From: Candidatus Limnocylindrales bacterium
Lineage (GTDB): Bacteria > Chloroflexota > Limnocylindria > Limnocylindrales > CSP1-4
NCBI GenBank assembly: GCA_050008515.1
Contig: JBEKMM010000003.1
Location: forward strand, 212,394-276,393
Length of the DNA stretch: 64,000 bases
Reading direction: 5' to 3'
The stretch's first letter is position 1; the number at the start of each line of letters is the position of its first letter. The position numbers were made by a program, and so were the translations under genes. Shown here in pieces: positions 28,209 through 36,849 of this stretch. Under the pieces are notes generated by a model. It saw only the letters and a program-made list of their open reading frames with translations, was not told the origin of the DNA and did no database searches.

Positions 28209-29536
28209 CGGCGGCGCTCGCGATCGGGAGCGGCGACGCCACCGCTGCCGACAGGGCGGCGCCACGACCAGCGCTGCTCGGCGAGCGGCGCCTCCGGATC
28301 GCCGATCTCCATCCAGCCGATTCGGTGCTCGCCGAAGCGGATCCCGAGCCGGGCCAGCTGCCAGCCGAGTCTCCCCGTCCTGCCCGTTTGTGGCGTGAAC
28401 AACGTCAGCTGGGTGCCGGCGGCCGGCGCCACATCGCCCAGCTCGAGCTCGAGTCGAACGACCAGCGCCGGCGGTGGAGAAGCCTCGATCCGGGCCAGGA
28501 GCAGCCGCTCCACGGCCAGGCCTTCGGACGTGGGCTCGGGCAGGCGCTGGTCGATGACCAGCGCGGGCGGCGTCTCCCCGGGCACGAACGTGCCATCCAG
28601 CTCGAGAGTCAGCCGGGCCCGGCCGGCGGCCGCGCCGCGCCCGACCAGCTGATCGCCGAACGTGGCCGCGAGCCTGTGGAGCACGAAGCGCAGGGCTTCG
28701 ATGTCGGCCACGGGCGGCTCGATGGGGAGCGCCAGGGCCATGCGCTCGGGGGCGCGGCGCGGCCGGAACGGCTCCGTCTCGAGGCCCCGTGCCCGCGCGT
28801 GGATCCACTCTCCCTCCGCCCCGAACCGCGCCACGACCGCGGAGAGCGGCAGCTCGGCGACCTGCCCGATCCGGCGCAAGCCGAACCGATCCAGGCGGGC
28901 CCGCACCTCCGGGTCGCGGCTCAACGTGGCGGCGGGGAGGAGCGCCAGGAAGTCCGCGTCCGCGCCCGGCTCCACGACGTGCAGCCGCACGCGGCCGGCC
29001 CCGGTCGTGGCCGCACCCGTTGCCGCGCCCGCGGTCCCGCCCGCCTTGCCGGCGAGCGACGCCGCCACGGCCGCCGCGAATCGCGTCCCGCCGATGCCCG
29101 CCAGGGGCGGCCCCGGCAGGACCTCCGCCAGCGCATCCCCGATCCGGCTCGCGATCAGCGGCTCAGGTCCCCATAGTCGCTCCAGCCCGTCGAGCTGCAC
29201 CTCCGCCCGCCCGAAGCCCGGCGCGGTCGGGTCCGCCTCGGCAGCCACGCCCGGGCTGAAGCCGGCCAGTCGATCGAGCGCCGCCTCCAGGGCAGCGCCG
29301 TCAGCCTCCGGATTAGGGTCGAGGAATCGCGCCTCCGGCGCCAGCCGGTGGGCTGCGCCGAGCGGCATGCCCGGCCGAACCCCCAGCTCCAGCGCCGACC
29401 TGCTGGCGTCCAGGACCGGCCCATTCGTCCACGGCATGCCTCCCAGCACGATCGGCTCCGCCTCGAAGGGTACGGAGGACCGGGCGCGGGCCAGGCGAAT
29501 GAGAAGGTGGGGCCAGTAGAGATGGAGAAGTCGCAT
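28205..29536 (-). CDS. imuB: ImuB, Y-family-polymerase-like mutasome subunit
   Basis: 'MRLLHLYWPHLLIRLA...PIVLGG...VLDASRSALELGVRPGMPLGAAHRLAPEA' is a typical ImuB N-terminus. Sits between imuA' and dnaE2. Confidence 0.85.
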   Translation of the reverse strand: MRLLHLYWPHLLIRLARARSSVPFEAEPIVLGGMPWTNGPVLDASRSALELGVRPGMPLGAAHRLAPEARFLDPNPEADGAALEAALDRLAGFSPGVAAEADPTAPGFGRAEVQLDGLERLWGPEPLIASRIGDALAEVLPGPPLAGIGGTRFAAAVAASLAGKAGGTAGAATGAATTGAGRVRLHVVEPGADADFLALLPAATLSRDPEVRARLDRFGLRRIGQVAELPLSAVVARFGAEGEWIHARARGLETEPFRPRRAPERMALALPIEPPVADIEALRFVLHRLAATFGDQLVGRGAAAGRARLTLELDGTFVPGETPPALVIDQRLPEPTSEGLAVERLLLARIEASPPPALVVRLELELGDVAPAAGTQLTLFTPQTGRTGRLGWQLARLGIRFGEHRIGWMEIGDPEAPLAEQRWSWRRPVGSGGVAAPDRERRR

Positions 29537-30545
29537 CGGCGGGAACCGGAAGAGCTAGCTTGGGAGGAGACGGCGACGGCCGAACCGCCGAGGGGCCGGC
29601 GACCGGCCGCAAGCCACCGGGTGGGGCGGTCCCAAAGTGCGCGGCCCCGGGCGGCGGAACGGCAACGCGCGGCCCGCTTCCGGGCGCCATCTCTCCGAGC
29701 AGCTCGTCGCGAGCCAGGCACGCGTCCCGCGGGCCGCCATCCGCGTACATGATTCGAACCTCCGTCGCCCGCCCCGGCGGCCCGTACCGATCCCGCGAGA
29801 CGCGCACCTCGGTCCGTTGCCCGACCACGTCCCGCCCGAGGCGGATCCACGCCCGCCGGCTCAGCTCCAGTCGGAGCGCGGCGATCTGGGCGAGCGCGCC
29901 GGTGATGGGCGCGGGCAGATTCGGCGGCTCGAGCACCAGCAGCTGGACCTCGGCTCGACGTGCCAGCGCCGCCAATCGGTGCAGTCGCTCGCCCAGAGCG
30001 GCCGCGGACAGACCCGCGCGATCGCCCGTAAGAGGCGGCAGGTCCAGCAGCAGCAGATCCACCGTTCGGTCCTGGAGGAGCATCGCCGCCATCGACAGCG
30101 CCTCCTCGAGAGTGTCCGGCGTGAGGACGACCAGCCATTCGAGCGCAACGCCCCGGGCTGCCGCTTCGACCGGGTCGAGGCTCCGCGCGAGGTCCAGGTA
30201 GGCCGCTATCCCGCCGGCGGCCTGGACCTGGGCGACGGCTCGCAGCCCGAGAGTGGTCTTGCCGCTAGTCCCGTCCCCCTGAAGGGCAGTCGTCGCGGTG
30301 CGAGGCAGTCCGCCCAAACCGAGGATCGCATCGAGCGCTCGAAAGCCGGTGGGGATCGCCCGCTCGTCCGCCGGAAACGGCGCAATCGCCGGGCGGCCCG
30401 TCGGCCGCACCTCGTCTTCCGGGATGGGCCGCGACGCCACCGCCAGCGCCCCCAGAACCTCCCCGCCCCAGCGCGGAGCCGCGCCACCCCAGCGATCCCG
30501 AAGGGTCGCGAGAGCAGCCTGGACGTTGGGGGAAGGGTTGGCCAT
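29313..30545 (-). CDS. imuA': ImuA'-type RecA-fold protein
   Basis: ATG at 30545. 'IPTGFRALDAILGLGGLPRTATTALQGDGTSGKTTLGL' has the KaiC/RecA-like Walker A. The last ~75 codons overlap imuB out of frame. Confidence 0.8.
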   Translation of the reverse strand: MANPSPNVQAALATLRDRWGGAAPRWGGEVLGALAVASRPIPEDEVRPTGRPAIAPFPADERAIPTGFRALDAILGLGGLPRTATTALQGDGTSGKTTLGLRAVAQVQAAGGIAAYLDLARSLDPVEAAARGVALEWLVVLTPDTLEEALSMAAMLLQDRTVDLLLLDLPPLTGDRAGLSAAALGERLHRLAALARRAEVQLLVLEPPNLPAPITGALAQIAALRLELSRRAWIRLGRDVVGQRTEVRVSRDRYGPPGRATEVRIMYADGGPRDACLARDELLGEMAPGSGPRVAVPPPGAAHFGTAPPGGLRPVAGPSAVRPSPSPPKLALPVPADATSPSLLAPPSHSPGPRPVLRTLRGGADRAGRHAVDEWAGPGRQQVGAGAGGSAGHAARRSPPAGAGGAIPRP

Positions 30546-30561
30546 GGGACTTTCAATAATA

Positions 30562-30573
30562 GAACATCTGTTC
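30562..30573. promoter_or_regulatory. LexA (SOS) box GAAC-N4-GTTC upstream of imuA'
   Basis: GAACATCTGTTC lies 17 nt from the imuA' ATG and shares the flanking TTCAATAATA block with the dnaE2 site. The TATTAT -10 ends 10 nt before the ATG, so the mRNA is near-leaderless. Confidence 0.8.
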
Positions 30574-30857
30574 GCACAGTCAAGCCACCCCACCTGCCCG
30601 CCGCCCGCCCGGCTTCTCCGCTATACCCCCCGGGAGAGTGCCGAGGTCAGGGCCCGGGCTCCGGACCGGAGCCCGGCTCGTGCCGCCGACCGCCTCAATC
30701 CGGATCAGGCGTTCGGCGCCACATTCGTGACAGAAGATGGCATGAACCTCCCCTACTCTCTGCTCACGCCACACCGTTCCCTCACCCGGGCAATGCATCA
30801 TGCCTTGCGGTACACTCCGTCACCGCCCACCGCCACATCCGGAGCCGTTCGACCTCG

Positions 30858-31895
30858 ATGCCGCTGATCGAAGCCCGCGGGCTGACCAAGAAGTTCCGCC
30901 AGGCCGTCAAGGAACCCGGCCTCGTCGGCTCGCTCAAGCACTTCTTCATCCGCAAGTACCGCGACAAGATGGCGGTCGATCACATCGACCTGGAGGTCGA
31001 GGCCGGCGAGTCGGTGGCCTACCTGGGCCCCAACGGTGCCGGCAAGTCGACCACGATCAAGATGCTGACCGGCATCCTCGTGCCCACCGAGGGCAGTCTC
31101 GTCGTGGACGGGCTCGTGCCCTACCAGCGACGCCAGCAGAACGCCCGCAAGATGGGGGTCGTCTTCGGCCAGCGGACTCAGCTGTGGTGGGACATCCCCG
31201 TCATCGAGTCATTCAACCTGGCACGGGACATGTACGAGATCCCGCCTACGCGCTACAAGGAGAACCTGGGGCAGTTCACCGACATGCTGGGCCTGGCCGA
31301 CTTCCTGACCATCCCGGCCGGCAAGATCTCGCTCGGCCAGCGGATGCGAGCGGACCTGTGCATGGCCCTCCTCCACGACCCCAAGCTGCTCTATCTCGAC
31401 GAGCCCACGATCGGCCTGGACATCGCCGTCAAGGACAGCATCCGCAAGTTCATCCGCGGGCTCGTCGAGGAGCGCGGGACGACGGTCATGCTCACGACCC
31501 ACGACCTCGGCGACATCGAGGACATCTGCAAGCGGATCGTGATCATCGACAACGGCAAGATCATCCACGACGGCGACCTGGCCACACTCAAGGACACCTA
31601 TGCCCGCGACCGCGTCCTCCATTTCCAGCTGGCCGGACCGCCCGAATCGATGGACGCCATCTGCGCCGGCTTGCCGGCCTGCGAGCTGACGAGCGACGGC
31701 TTGCGGCTGTCCGTGCGGTTCGATCGGTTCGAATACGCCGCCGGCGAGATCGCCGCAGCGGTGATGCCGCACGTCGAGGTCGTCGACTTCCGGATCGACG
31801 AGCCTGAGGTGGAGGACCTGATTCGGAAGGTCTACCTGGGTCAGCTGAGCCTCGATTTCGGAGCCGAGACCGTGGCCGCGGCTACGGGGGCCTGA
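30858..31895 (+). CDS. ABC transporter ATP-binding protein (ABC-2/COG4586 type)
   Basis: Walker A 'GPNGAGKSTT', signature 'ISLGQRMR', Walker B 'LLYLDEPTIGLD'. Only the C-terminal 345 aa of the 752-aa ORF is genuine. Confidence 0.92.
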   Translation: MPLIEARGLTKKFRQAVKEPGLVGSLKHFFIRKYRDKMAVDHIDLEVEAGESVAYLGPNGAGKSTTIKMLTGILVPTEGSLVVDGLVPYQRRQQNARKMGVVFGQRTQLWWDIPVIESFNLARDMYEIPPTRYKENLGQFTDMLGLADFLTIPAGKISLGQRMRADLCMALLHDPKLLYLDEPTIGLDIAVKDSIRKFIRGLVEERGTTVMLTTHDLGDIEDICKRIVIIDNGKIIHDGDLATLKDTYARDRVLHFQLAGPPESMDAICAGLPACELTSDGLRLSVRFDRFEYAAGEIAAAVMPHVEVVDFRIDEPEVEDLIRKVYLGQLSLDFGAETVAAATGA

Positions 31896-31896
31896 G

Positions 31897-32700
31897 ATGG
31901 GCCGCCTCCGCAAGTACTCGGCGCTGGCCCGGACGAGCCTGGAGATCACCTTCGTCTACCGGGCCGGGTTCGCCGTGAACATGATCGGCACGATCTTCTA
32001 TGTCGTGGCCATGTTCTATCTATGGCAGACCATCTTCCTGGGCAGCCCGGGCGCCCTCGGCGGCTTCACCTGGCCCGAGATGAAGGCCTACCTTCTGGTA
32101 GCCTTTCTGCTGAACTCGCTCCTGACCTGGTACAGCGAGTGGGTCATGGGCTCGGACATCCGGGACGGCATCGTCGCGATCGATCTCGCCCGCCCGATCG
32201 ACATCCAGGCCAGCCGCTTCGCCCGTGCGATGGGCCCCGTGCCTTTCGAGTTCACCTCGGCCCTGGCCGTGGGGGCGATCGTTGCGTTCGTGTTCGGCGG
32301 CATCGCCCTGCCGGCAGATCCTGCCCACGTCGGGCTCTTCCTGATCAGCGCTGTCCTGGCCACCCTGATCAAGTTCGGGATCGTGTATTGCGTCTCGATG
32401 GCGGCCTTCTGGACGACGGGCACTGATGGGATCACGGTCGGGCGCACGGCCGTCCAGAACATCTTTTCGGGCGCCCTGATCCCGCTCGTCTTCTTCCCCG
32501 ACTGGCTGCGGTCGATTGCGGCAGTCCTGCCCTTCCAAGGCCTCATCTCGACGCCGGCCCTGACCTACCTGGGCAAGCTCGACGGCCCGACCACGGCCCT
32601 GATGCTGGCCGTTCAGGCGGGATGGGCGGTCGGGCTGATCGTGCTCGGCCGGCTGGTCTGGCGGCGGGCCGTGAGAGCGGTGACGATCAATGGCGGCTAG
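31897..32700 (+). CDS. ABC-2 family permease
   Basis: 6 TM helices, placed immediately after the ATPase. Confidence 0.8.
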   Translation: MGRLRKYSALARTSLEITFVYRAGFAVNMIGTIFYVVAMFYLWQTIFLGSPGALGGFTWPEMKAYLLVAFLLNSLLTWYSEWVMGSDIRDGIVAIDLARPIDIQASRFARAMGPVPFEFTSALAVGAIVAFVFGGIALPADPAHVGLFLISAVLATLIKFGIVYCVSMAAFWTTGTDGITVGRTAVQNIFSGALIPLVFFPDWLRSIAAVLPFQGLISTPALTYLGKLDGPTTALMLAVQAGWAVGLIVLGRLVWRRAVRAVTINGG

Positions 32701-33502
32701 GCTGCGGCCGGCTCGCCGGCTCGTCTACATCTACTTCCGCTGCCTCGGCCAGCAGATGAAAGCCATCCTGGCCTACGAGGCCGACTTCGCGATCCTGATG
32801 TTCTCGGCGGTCCTGGTGCAGATCGTAGGCTTCGCCTTCATCTGGGCGATCTTCCAGCGCATCCCGAGCGTCAACGGCTGGACCTTCTGGCAGGTCGTGA
32901 TGATGTACGCCCTGATCTTCGTGACCGAGGGCGTAGGGTCTCTCTTCTTCGAGGGCACATGGCGGGTCTCGTACCTGGTCTACTCCGGCCAGTTCGACCA
33001 GGTGCTCCTGCGCCCGATCTCGCCGATAGTCCAGGTTCTGGCCGGGGCCGTCGGCTTCAACGGACTTGGGAACATAGTCACCGGCACGGTTCTCATCGGC
33101 ATCAGCATGGCCAACGCCCCGGTCGAATGGACGCCCGGTCGGCTGCTCATGTTCGCGATCCTGCTCGTGAGCGCGTCGACGATCCGTGTCGCCATCAACC
33201 TCGGCTCGGCGGCCAGCGCCTTCTGGGTGCGCTCGCCGTGGAGCATGATCCCGGTGTTCGTCCACCAACTCGGGGACTTCGCCAAGTACCCGATCACGAT
33301 CTACTCGATCGGCGTGCAGGCCCTCATCGTGGTGGCGGTTCCGTTCGCCTTCATCAGCTTCTTCCCGACGGCCTACGTCTTCGGAGTGGAGGCATGGAGC
33401 CTGGCCGGTCTGCTGACGCCGTTGGTTGCCATCTACTGCATGGTCATGGCGGTCGTGGTATTCCGCCTCGGGCTGCGCCGGTACGAGAGCACGGGCCACT
33501 GA
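32690..33502 (+). CDS. ABC-2 family permease (second subunit)
   Basis: 6 TM helices with an 11-nt overlap with the previous permease. Confidence 0.8.
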   Translation: MAARLRPARRLVYIYFRCLGQQMKAILAYEADFAILMFSAVLVQIVGFAFIWAIFQRIPSVNGWTFWQVVMMYALIFVTEGVGSLFFEGTWRVSYLVYSGQFDQVLLRPISPIVQVLAGAVGFNGLGNIVTGTVLIGISMANAPVEWTPGRLLMFAILLVSASTIRVAINLGSAASAFWVRSPWSMIPVFVHQLGDFAKYPITIYSIGVQALIVVAVPFAFISFFPTAYVFGVEAWSLAGLLTPLVAIYCMVMAVVVFRLGLRRYESTGH

Positions 33503-33545
33503 GCCTGGCGCGGGTTCGCAGACGCTCAGCGGCCCCATGAATCGA

Positions 33546-33572
33546 GAAGCCCTGGCCAGCGGCCAGGGCTTC
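33546..33572. terminator. Bidirectional hairpin between convergent genes
   Basis: Perfect 12-bp stem GAAGCCCTGGCC/GGCCAGGGCTTC with a 3-nt loop. Confidence 0.65.
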
Positions 33573-33598
33573 CGTACGGTCTGGGGCTCGGCGAGTGG

Positions 33599-34411
33599 CT
33601 ACGAGGCTGGAACGGCGATCTTGTTCCCCGCGTCGTTGGCCTTAGTGATGTCGAACAGATACTCGAAGTCGGCGGAGCCACCCGACCCCGGACCCGCCAC
33701 GCCACCCGTGGCCGTGACCTTCCAGCGGACGGGGTAACCGCCGCTCTTGGCGATCCAGATGTCGCCCGCCTGCACGAGACCATCCTGCTTTCCGTTCGCC
33801 GCCGTCACGCCCCAGTTGCCGACCATGAAGTTGAGGATCTGCGGAGCGGCCGTGTAGCGAGTCGTCAGGACGCCGTTCACCGTCTCGTCACCGGCAGCGG
33901 TGTAGTAGGGGGCGACCGAGGCGTCGAAGTAGTGGGCCAGCTGAACCGCCGGCCCGTAGCTGTCATAGGTCGTCGGCAGGTTCGCGTAGGGGCTCAGGTC
34001 CCAGGAGCTCCCGTTCTTGGTCCAGTTCTTGCCCTGGATCTCGATGATCTCAAGGTCCGTGTACGTGAACTGGACGGCGAAGCTCGGCTTGTTGACGACG
34101 GTGCCTGCGACCCCGGCGGTGCCAACGGAGGTCGCGTAGCTGCCGCCCTTGACCGTGAACTTGAACTTGTAGCTGGTCAGGCCGTTGAGCTGCGTCAGGG
34201 CATTCGCCAGGACCGGGTCGGCAGTGCGTCCGGCCACGGCCGTTGTCGGCGCGGCCGCCGTAGTGGCGGGCTGCGAGGCCGAGGCGCCGGCGGGACCGAC
34301 AGTGGCCGGGCCGGGAGTCGCAGCCGACGAACCGCACGCCGCGGCCGCGATCGCCCCAGCGACCACGAGTGCAGACAGTCCTGCTGCGCGAGCTCGAGTA
34401 GACCGGGCCAT
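33599..34411 (-). CDS. Hypothetical lipoprotein (paralog of 38989-39756)
   Basis: ATG at 34411 lies 6 nt after GAGGGAG. Lipobox 'AIAAAACGSS'. Shares 'SYKF.F...GG', 'GGYPV' and the C-terminal 'LFDIT.aND..NKI..P' with the second copy. Confidence 0.65.
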   Translation of the reverse strand: MARSTRARAAGLSALVVAGAIAAAACGSSAATPGPATVGPAGASASQPATTAAAPTTAVAGRTADPVLANALTQLNGLTSYKFKFTVKGGSYATSVGTAGVAGTVVNKPSFAVQFTYTDLEIIEIQGKNWTKNGSSWDLSPYANLPTTYDSYGPAVQLAHYFDASVAPYYTAAGDETVNGVLTTRYTAAPQILNFMVGNWGVTAANGKQDGLVQAGDIWIAKSGGYPVRWKVTATGGVAGPGSGGSADFEYLFDITKANDAGNKIAVPAS

Positions 34412-34626
34412 TCGCATCTCCCTCGATATGGGACGCGGTCCGCCGTCGTGACGACCGCCGATCACCTACACGTTAGGAGGGTCCGTGGCGATGGCCCGCC
34501 GCTCAGGACCGTGGCGCGCCCGGCGCAACGAAGGGCCGGATCAGCCGGTCGGAGCACTGGCTCGGATCGCCGAAAGAGCAAGGGCTCGGTCGGCGGGGCC
34601 TGTGCTAGACTGCCCATCGCTCGCGT

Positions 34627-34702
34627 GGGGATGTAGCTCAGCTGGGAGAGCACCGCGTTCGCATCGCGGGGGTCAGGGGTTCGAGTCCCCTCATCTCCAC
34701 CA
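34627..34702 (+). tRNA. tRNA-Ala (anticodon CGC), CCA encoded
   Basis: Hand-folded cloverleaf: acceptor GGGGATG/CATCTCC with G3:U70, D arm GCTC-AGCTGGGA-GAGC, anticodon stem CCGCG with loop TTCGCAT, T arm AGGGG-TTCGAGT-CCCCT, then ACCA. Confidence 0.93.
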
Positions 34703-34824
34703 CCCCCCTTCGCACGTAATGCGCCCCATCGCCTGCGGCGCAGGGCGTGCCTGATGGGTCGAGAGCCTTGCCGGCGCTGGACCCACATGCGGCGAGCAGG
34801 CCGGCGACCAGAAGGCACGAGGGA

Positions 34825-35919
34825 TCAGGGGTTCGGGACGATTGCCAGGCAGAAGGTGCCCCCACCGGCGATGGCGATAGCGCCGTTCAGAGCAGCCGGG
34901 AACGTCAACTGCCCGGAGTTCTTCGCGCCCCAGCCGATCAGGCTCCCATCCGACTTGAGGGCGAGGCTGGAGTTCCCGCCGGCCGCGAGGGAGGAGACGC
35001 CGGAGAGTCCGGCGGGGACGGTGGCCTGGCCCTGGCTGTTGTTGCCCCAGGCCGCGACCGTGCCGTCCGACTTGAGAGCGAGGCTGTGGTGGAGCCCGGC
35101 GGCGATCGCGGTGACTCCCGTGAGGCCGGCCGGGACGGTGGCCTGACCCGAAGTCTTGAGGCCCCACGCGACGACCGTGCCGTCCGACCGCAGAGCGAGG
35201 CTGTGCTCGTAGCCGGCGGCGATCGCGGTGACTCCCGTGAGGCCGGCCGGGACGGTGGCCTGACCCGAAGTGTTGTAGCCCCAGGCGACGACTGTCCCGT
35301 CCGACTTGAGCGCGAGGCTGTGGTAGGCGCCCGCGGCGATCGCGGTGACGCCCGATAGACCGGCCGGGACTTTGGCCTGGCCGTAGGCGTTTTGGCCCCA
35401 GGCCACGACCGTGCCGTTCGACCTGAGGGCAAGACTGTGGTAGTAGCCAGCGGCTATCGCGGTGACGCCTGACAGGCCGGCCGGAACCTTAGTCTGGCCC
35501 GAAGTGTTGAAGCCCCACGCGACGACCGTTCCGTTCGACCGCAGAGCGAGGCCGTGCTGGTAGCCGCCGGCGATTGCGATGACGCCCGAGAGGCCGGCCG
35601 GGACGGTGGTCTGGCCGTAGGTGTTCTGGCCCCAGGCAACCACAGTGCCGCTCTGGGCGCCCGCTGGCGCAGTGGCCGTGGAGTTGACGCTCTCGACGGC
35701 CGTCGGCAGCGTGGGGAGGGCGAGGGTTGCCGTAGCCGCCGCAGTCGGAACGTTCGCCGTCGTCGTCGCGGTCGGGACGTTCGCCGTCGTCGTCGCGGTC
35801 GGGACGTTCGCCGCCGTCGGCGTGGCGCCGCTCGACGTGCAAGCCGCAACGATCGCGAGCACTCCTCCGATGACGACCGCTCTCGCAATCCTGAACAGGG
35901 CGGCGGGGTGCCCGATCAT
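34825..35919 (-). CDS. Secreted RCC1-repeat (alpha-tubulin-suppressor-like) beta-propeller protein
   Basis: ATG at 35919 behind AGGAGGAG. N-terminal TM/lipobox 'LAIVAACTSS'. Seven repeats of 'GTVVAWG.N..GQ..VPAGLSGVTAIAAG..HSLAL'. Confidence 0.85.
   Translation of the reverse strand: MIGHPAALFRIARAVVIGGVLAIVAACTSSGATPTAANVPTATTTANVPTATTTANVPTAAATATLALPTLPTAVESVNSTATAPAGAQSGTVVAWGQNTYGQTTVPAGLSGVIAIAGGYQHGLALRSNGTVVAWGFNTSGQTKVPAGLSGVTAIAAGYYHSLALRSNGTVVAWGQNAYGQAKVPAGLSGVTAIAAGAYHSLALKSDGTVVAWGYNTSGQATVPAGLTGVTAIAAGYEHSLALRSDGTVVAWGLKTSGQATVPAGLTGVTAIAAGLHHSLALKSDGTVAAWGNNSQGQATVPAGLSGVSSLAAGGNSSLALKSDGSLIGWGAKNSGQLTFPAALNGAIAIAGGGTFCLAIVPNP
35744..35824. repeat. 27-bp in-frame tandem repeat (about 3 copies) in the RCC1-protein linker
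   Basis: GTCGG[A/G]ACGTTCGCCGTCGTCGTCGCG occurs twice, plus a degenerate third copy. Encodes (ANVPTATTT)n. Confidence 0.85.
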
Positions 35920-36048
35920 CTGGACTCCTCCTGTGGGACGCAGGGCGGAGCCATAGCGAGAGGACCACGCCTCGCCCACCGTAGCCCAAGCCCTGGTTTC
36001 GTAACGCAAGCGCCCCGCCCTGTTGCACTGGCCGGGCTCTCGTCGGCC

Positions 36049-36084
36049 GGTTCGCCGTCTGTCGGGCGAGGTCCACCACCCCCT
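36049..36084. repeat. 36-nt dispersed repeat, copy 1
   Basis: GGTTCGCCGTCTGTCGGGCGAGGTCCACCACCCCCT matches 38857-38892 at 34 of 36 positions, in the same orientation. Confidence 0.85.
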
Positions 36085-36264
36085 CTCGCGAGATTCCTCC
36101 GCCGGATCGCTGCGTGCAGCCGCGCCCGGCGCAGACATGGCCGGTACCCAGTAGACGGGCCGAATGTCCGCTGGCGAGACAACGCCTATCTCGTCGACCA
36201 GGAGCCGCAGCGGGCCCTGGTACGCGGATTGAACCCGAGCGCATCCGGGCCCGTCATATAGGGC

Positions 36265-36849
36265 ATGATGTCGGCGACGAGGGCTGGGGAGAGGGGCATG
36301 GAAGGGTCAGGAGCAGGAACCGATACCTTGGCCGACGCTCGGGCGGTCGTCTTTGCTCGCCTGACTTCCGCTGGTCTCGCATCTTGCTACCGGCTCGCTA
36401 CCGCCATCCTCGGCGACCCCGTGGAAGCCGAGGATGCCACGCACGAGGCGGCGGTCAGGGCCTGGGAACGCTGGGACTCGCTACGCAATGCCGACAGATT
36501 CGACCCTTGGTTCCAGAGAATCCTCGTCAACGAGTGCCGCGACCGCCTGCGCCGACGGAAGCTTCAGTTGCCGTCTCCGCAGCTGGTCGACCAGGGCGCG
36601 GCACGCGCCTACGCAGACGTCAGCGAGTCTCTCGCGGAGAGCCAGGCGCTCGCCGAGGCGTTGTCCCGGCTTGAATCGGACCAGCGCATCGTCATCGTCC
36701 TTCGCTTTTACCTTGGGCTCGATGAGCGCGAGATAGCGGCTCGCACCGGCGCGCGCGTGGGAACGGTCAAGTCGCGTCTGCACTACGCGCTGCGGGCGCT
36801 CCGGGCGGCCCGGGACGCCGTCGCACGGATCGATGGAGTCGAGCCATGA
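36265..36849 (+). CDS. ECF-type RNA polymerase sigma factor
   Basis: Region 2 'DAEDATHEAAVRAWERWDSLRN...FDPWFQRILVNECRDRLRR'. Region 4 'VLRFYLGLDEREIAARTGARVGTVKSRLHYAL'. Confidence 0.9.
   Translation: MMSATRAGERGMEGSGAGTDTLADARAVVFARLTSAGLASCYRLATAILGDPVEAEDATHEAAVRAWERWDSLRNADRFDPWFQRILVNECRDRLRRRKLQLPSPQLVDQGAARAYADVSESLAESQALAEALSRLESDQRIVIVLRFYLGLDEREIAARTGARVGTVKSRLHYALRALRAARDAVARIDGVEP

Noticed and set aside
29637-30857. N-terminal 407 aa of the 752-aa ORF that ends as the ABC ATPase
   Set aside because: This part is antisense to imuA' and Arg-rich. The ABC protein begins at the conserved 'MPLIEARGLTKKF' (ATG 30858).
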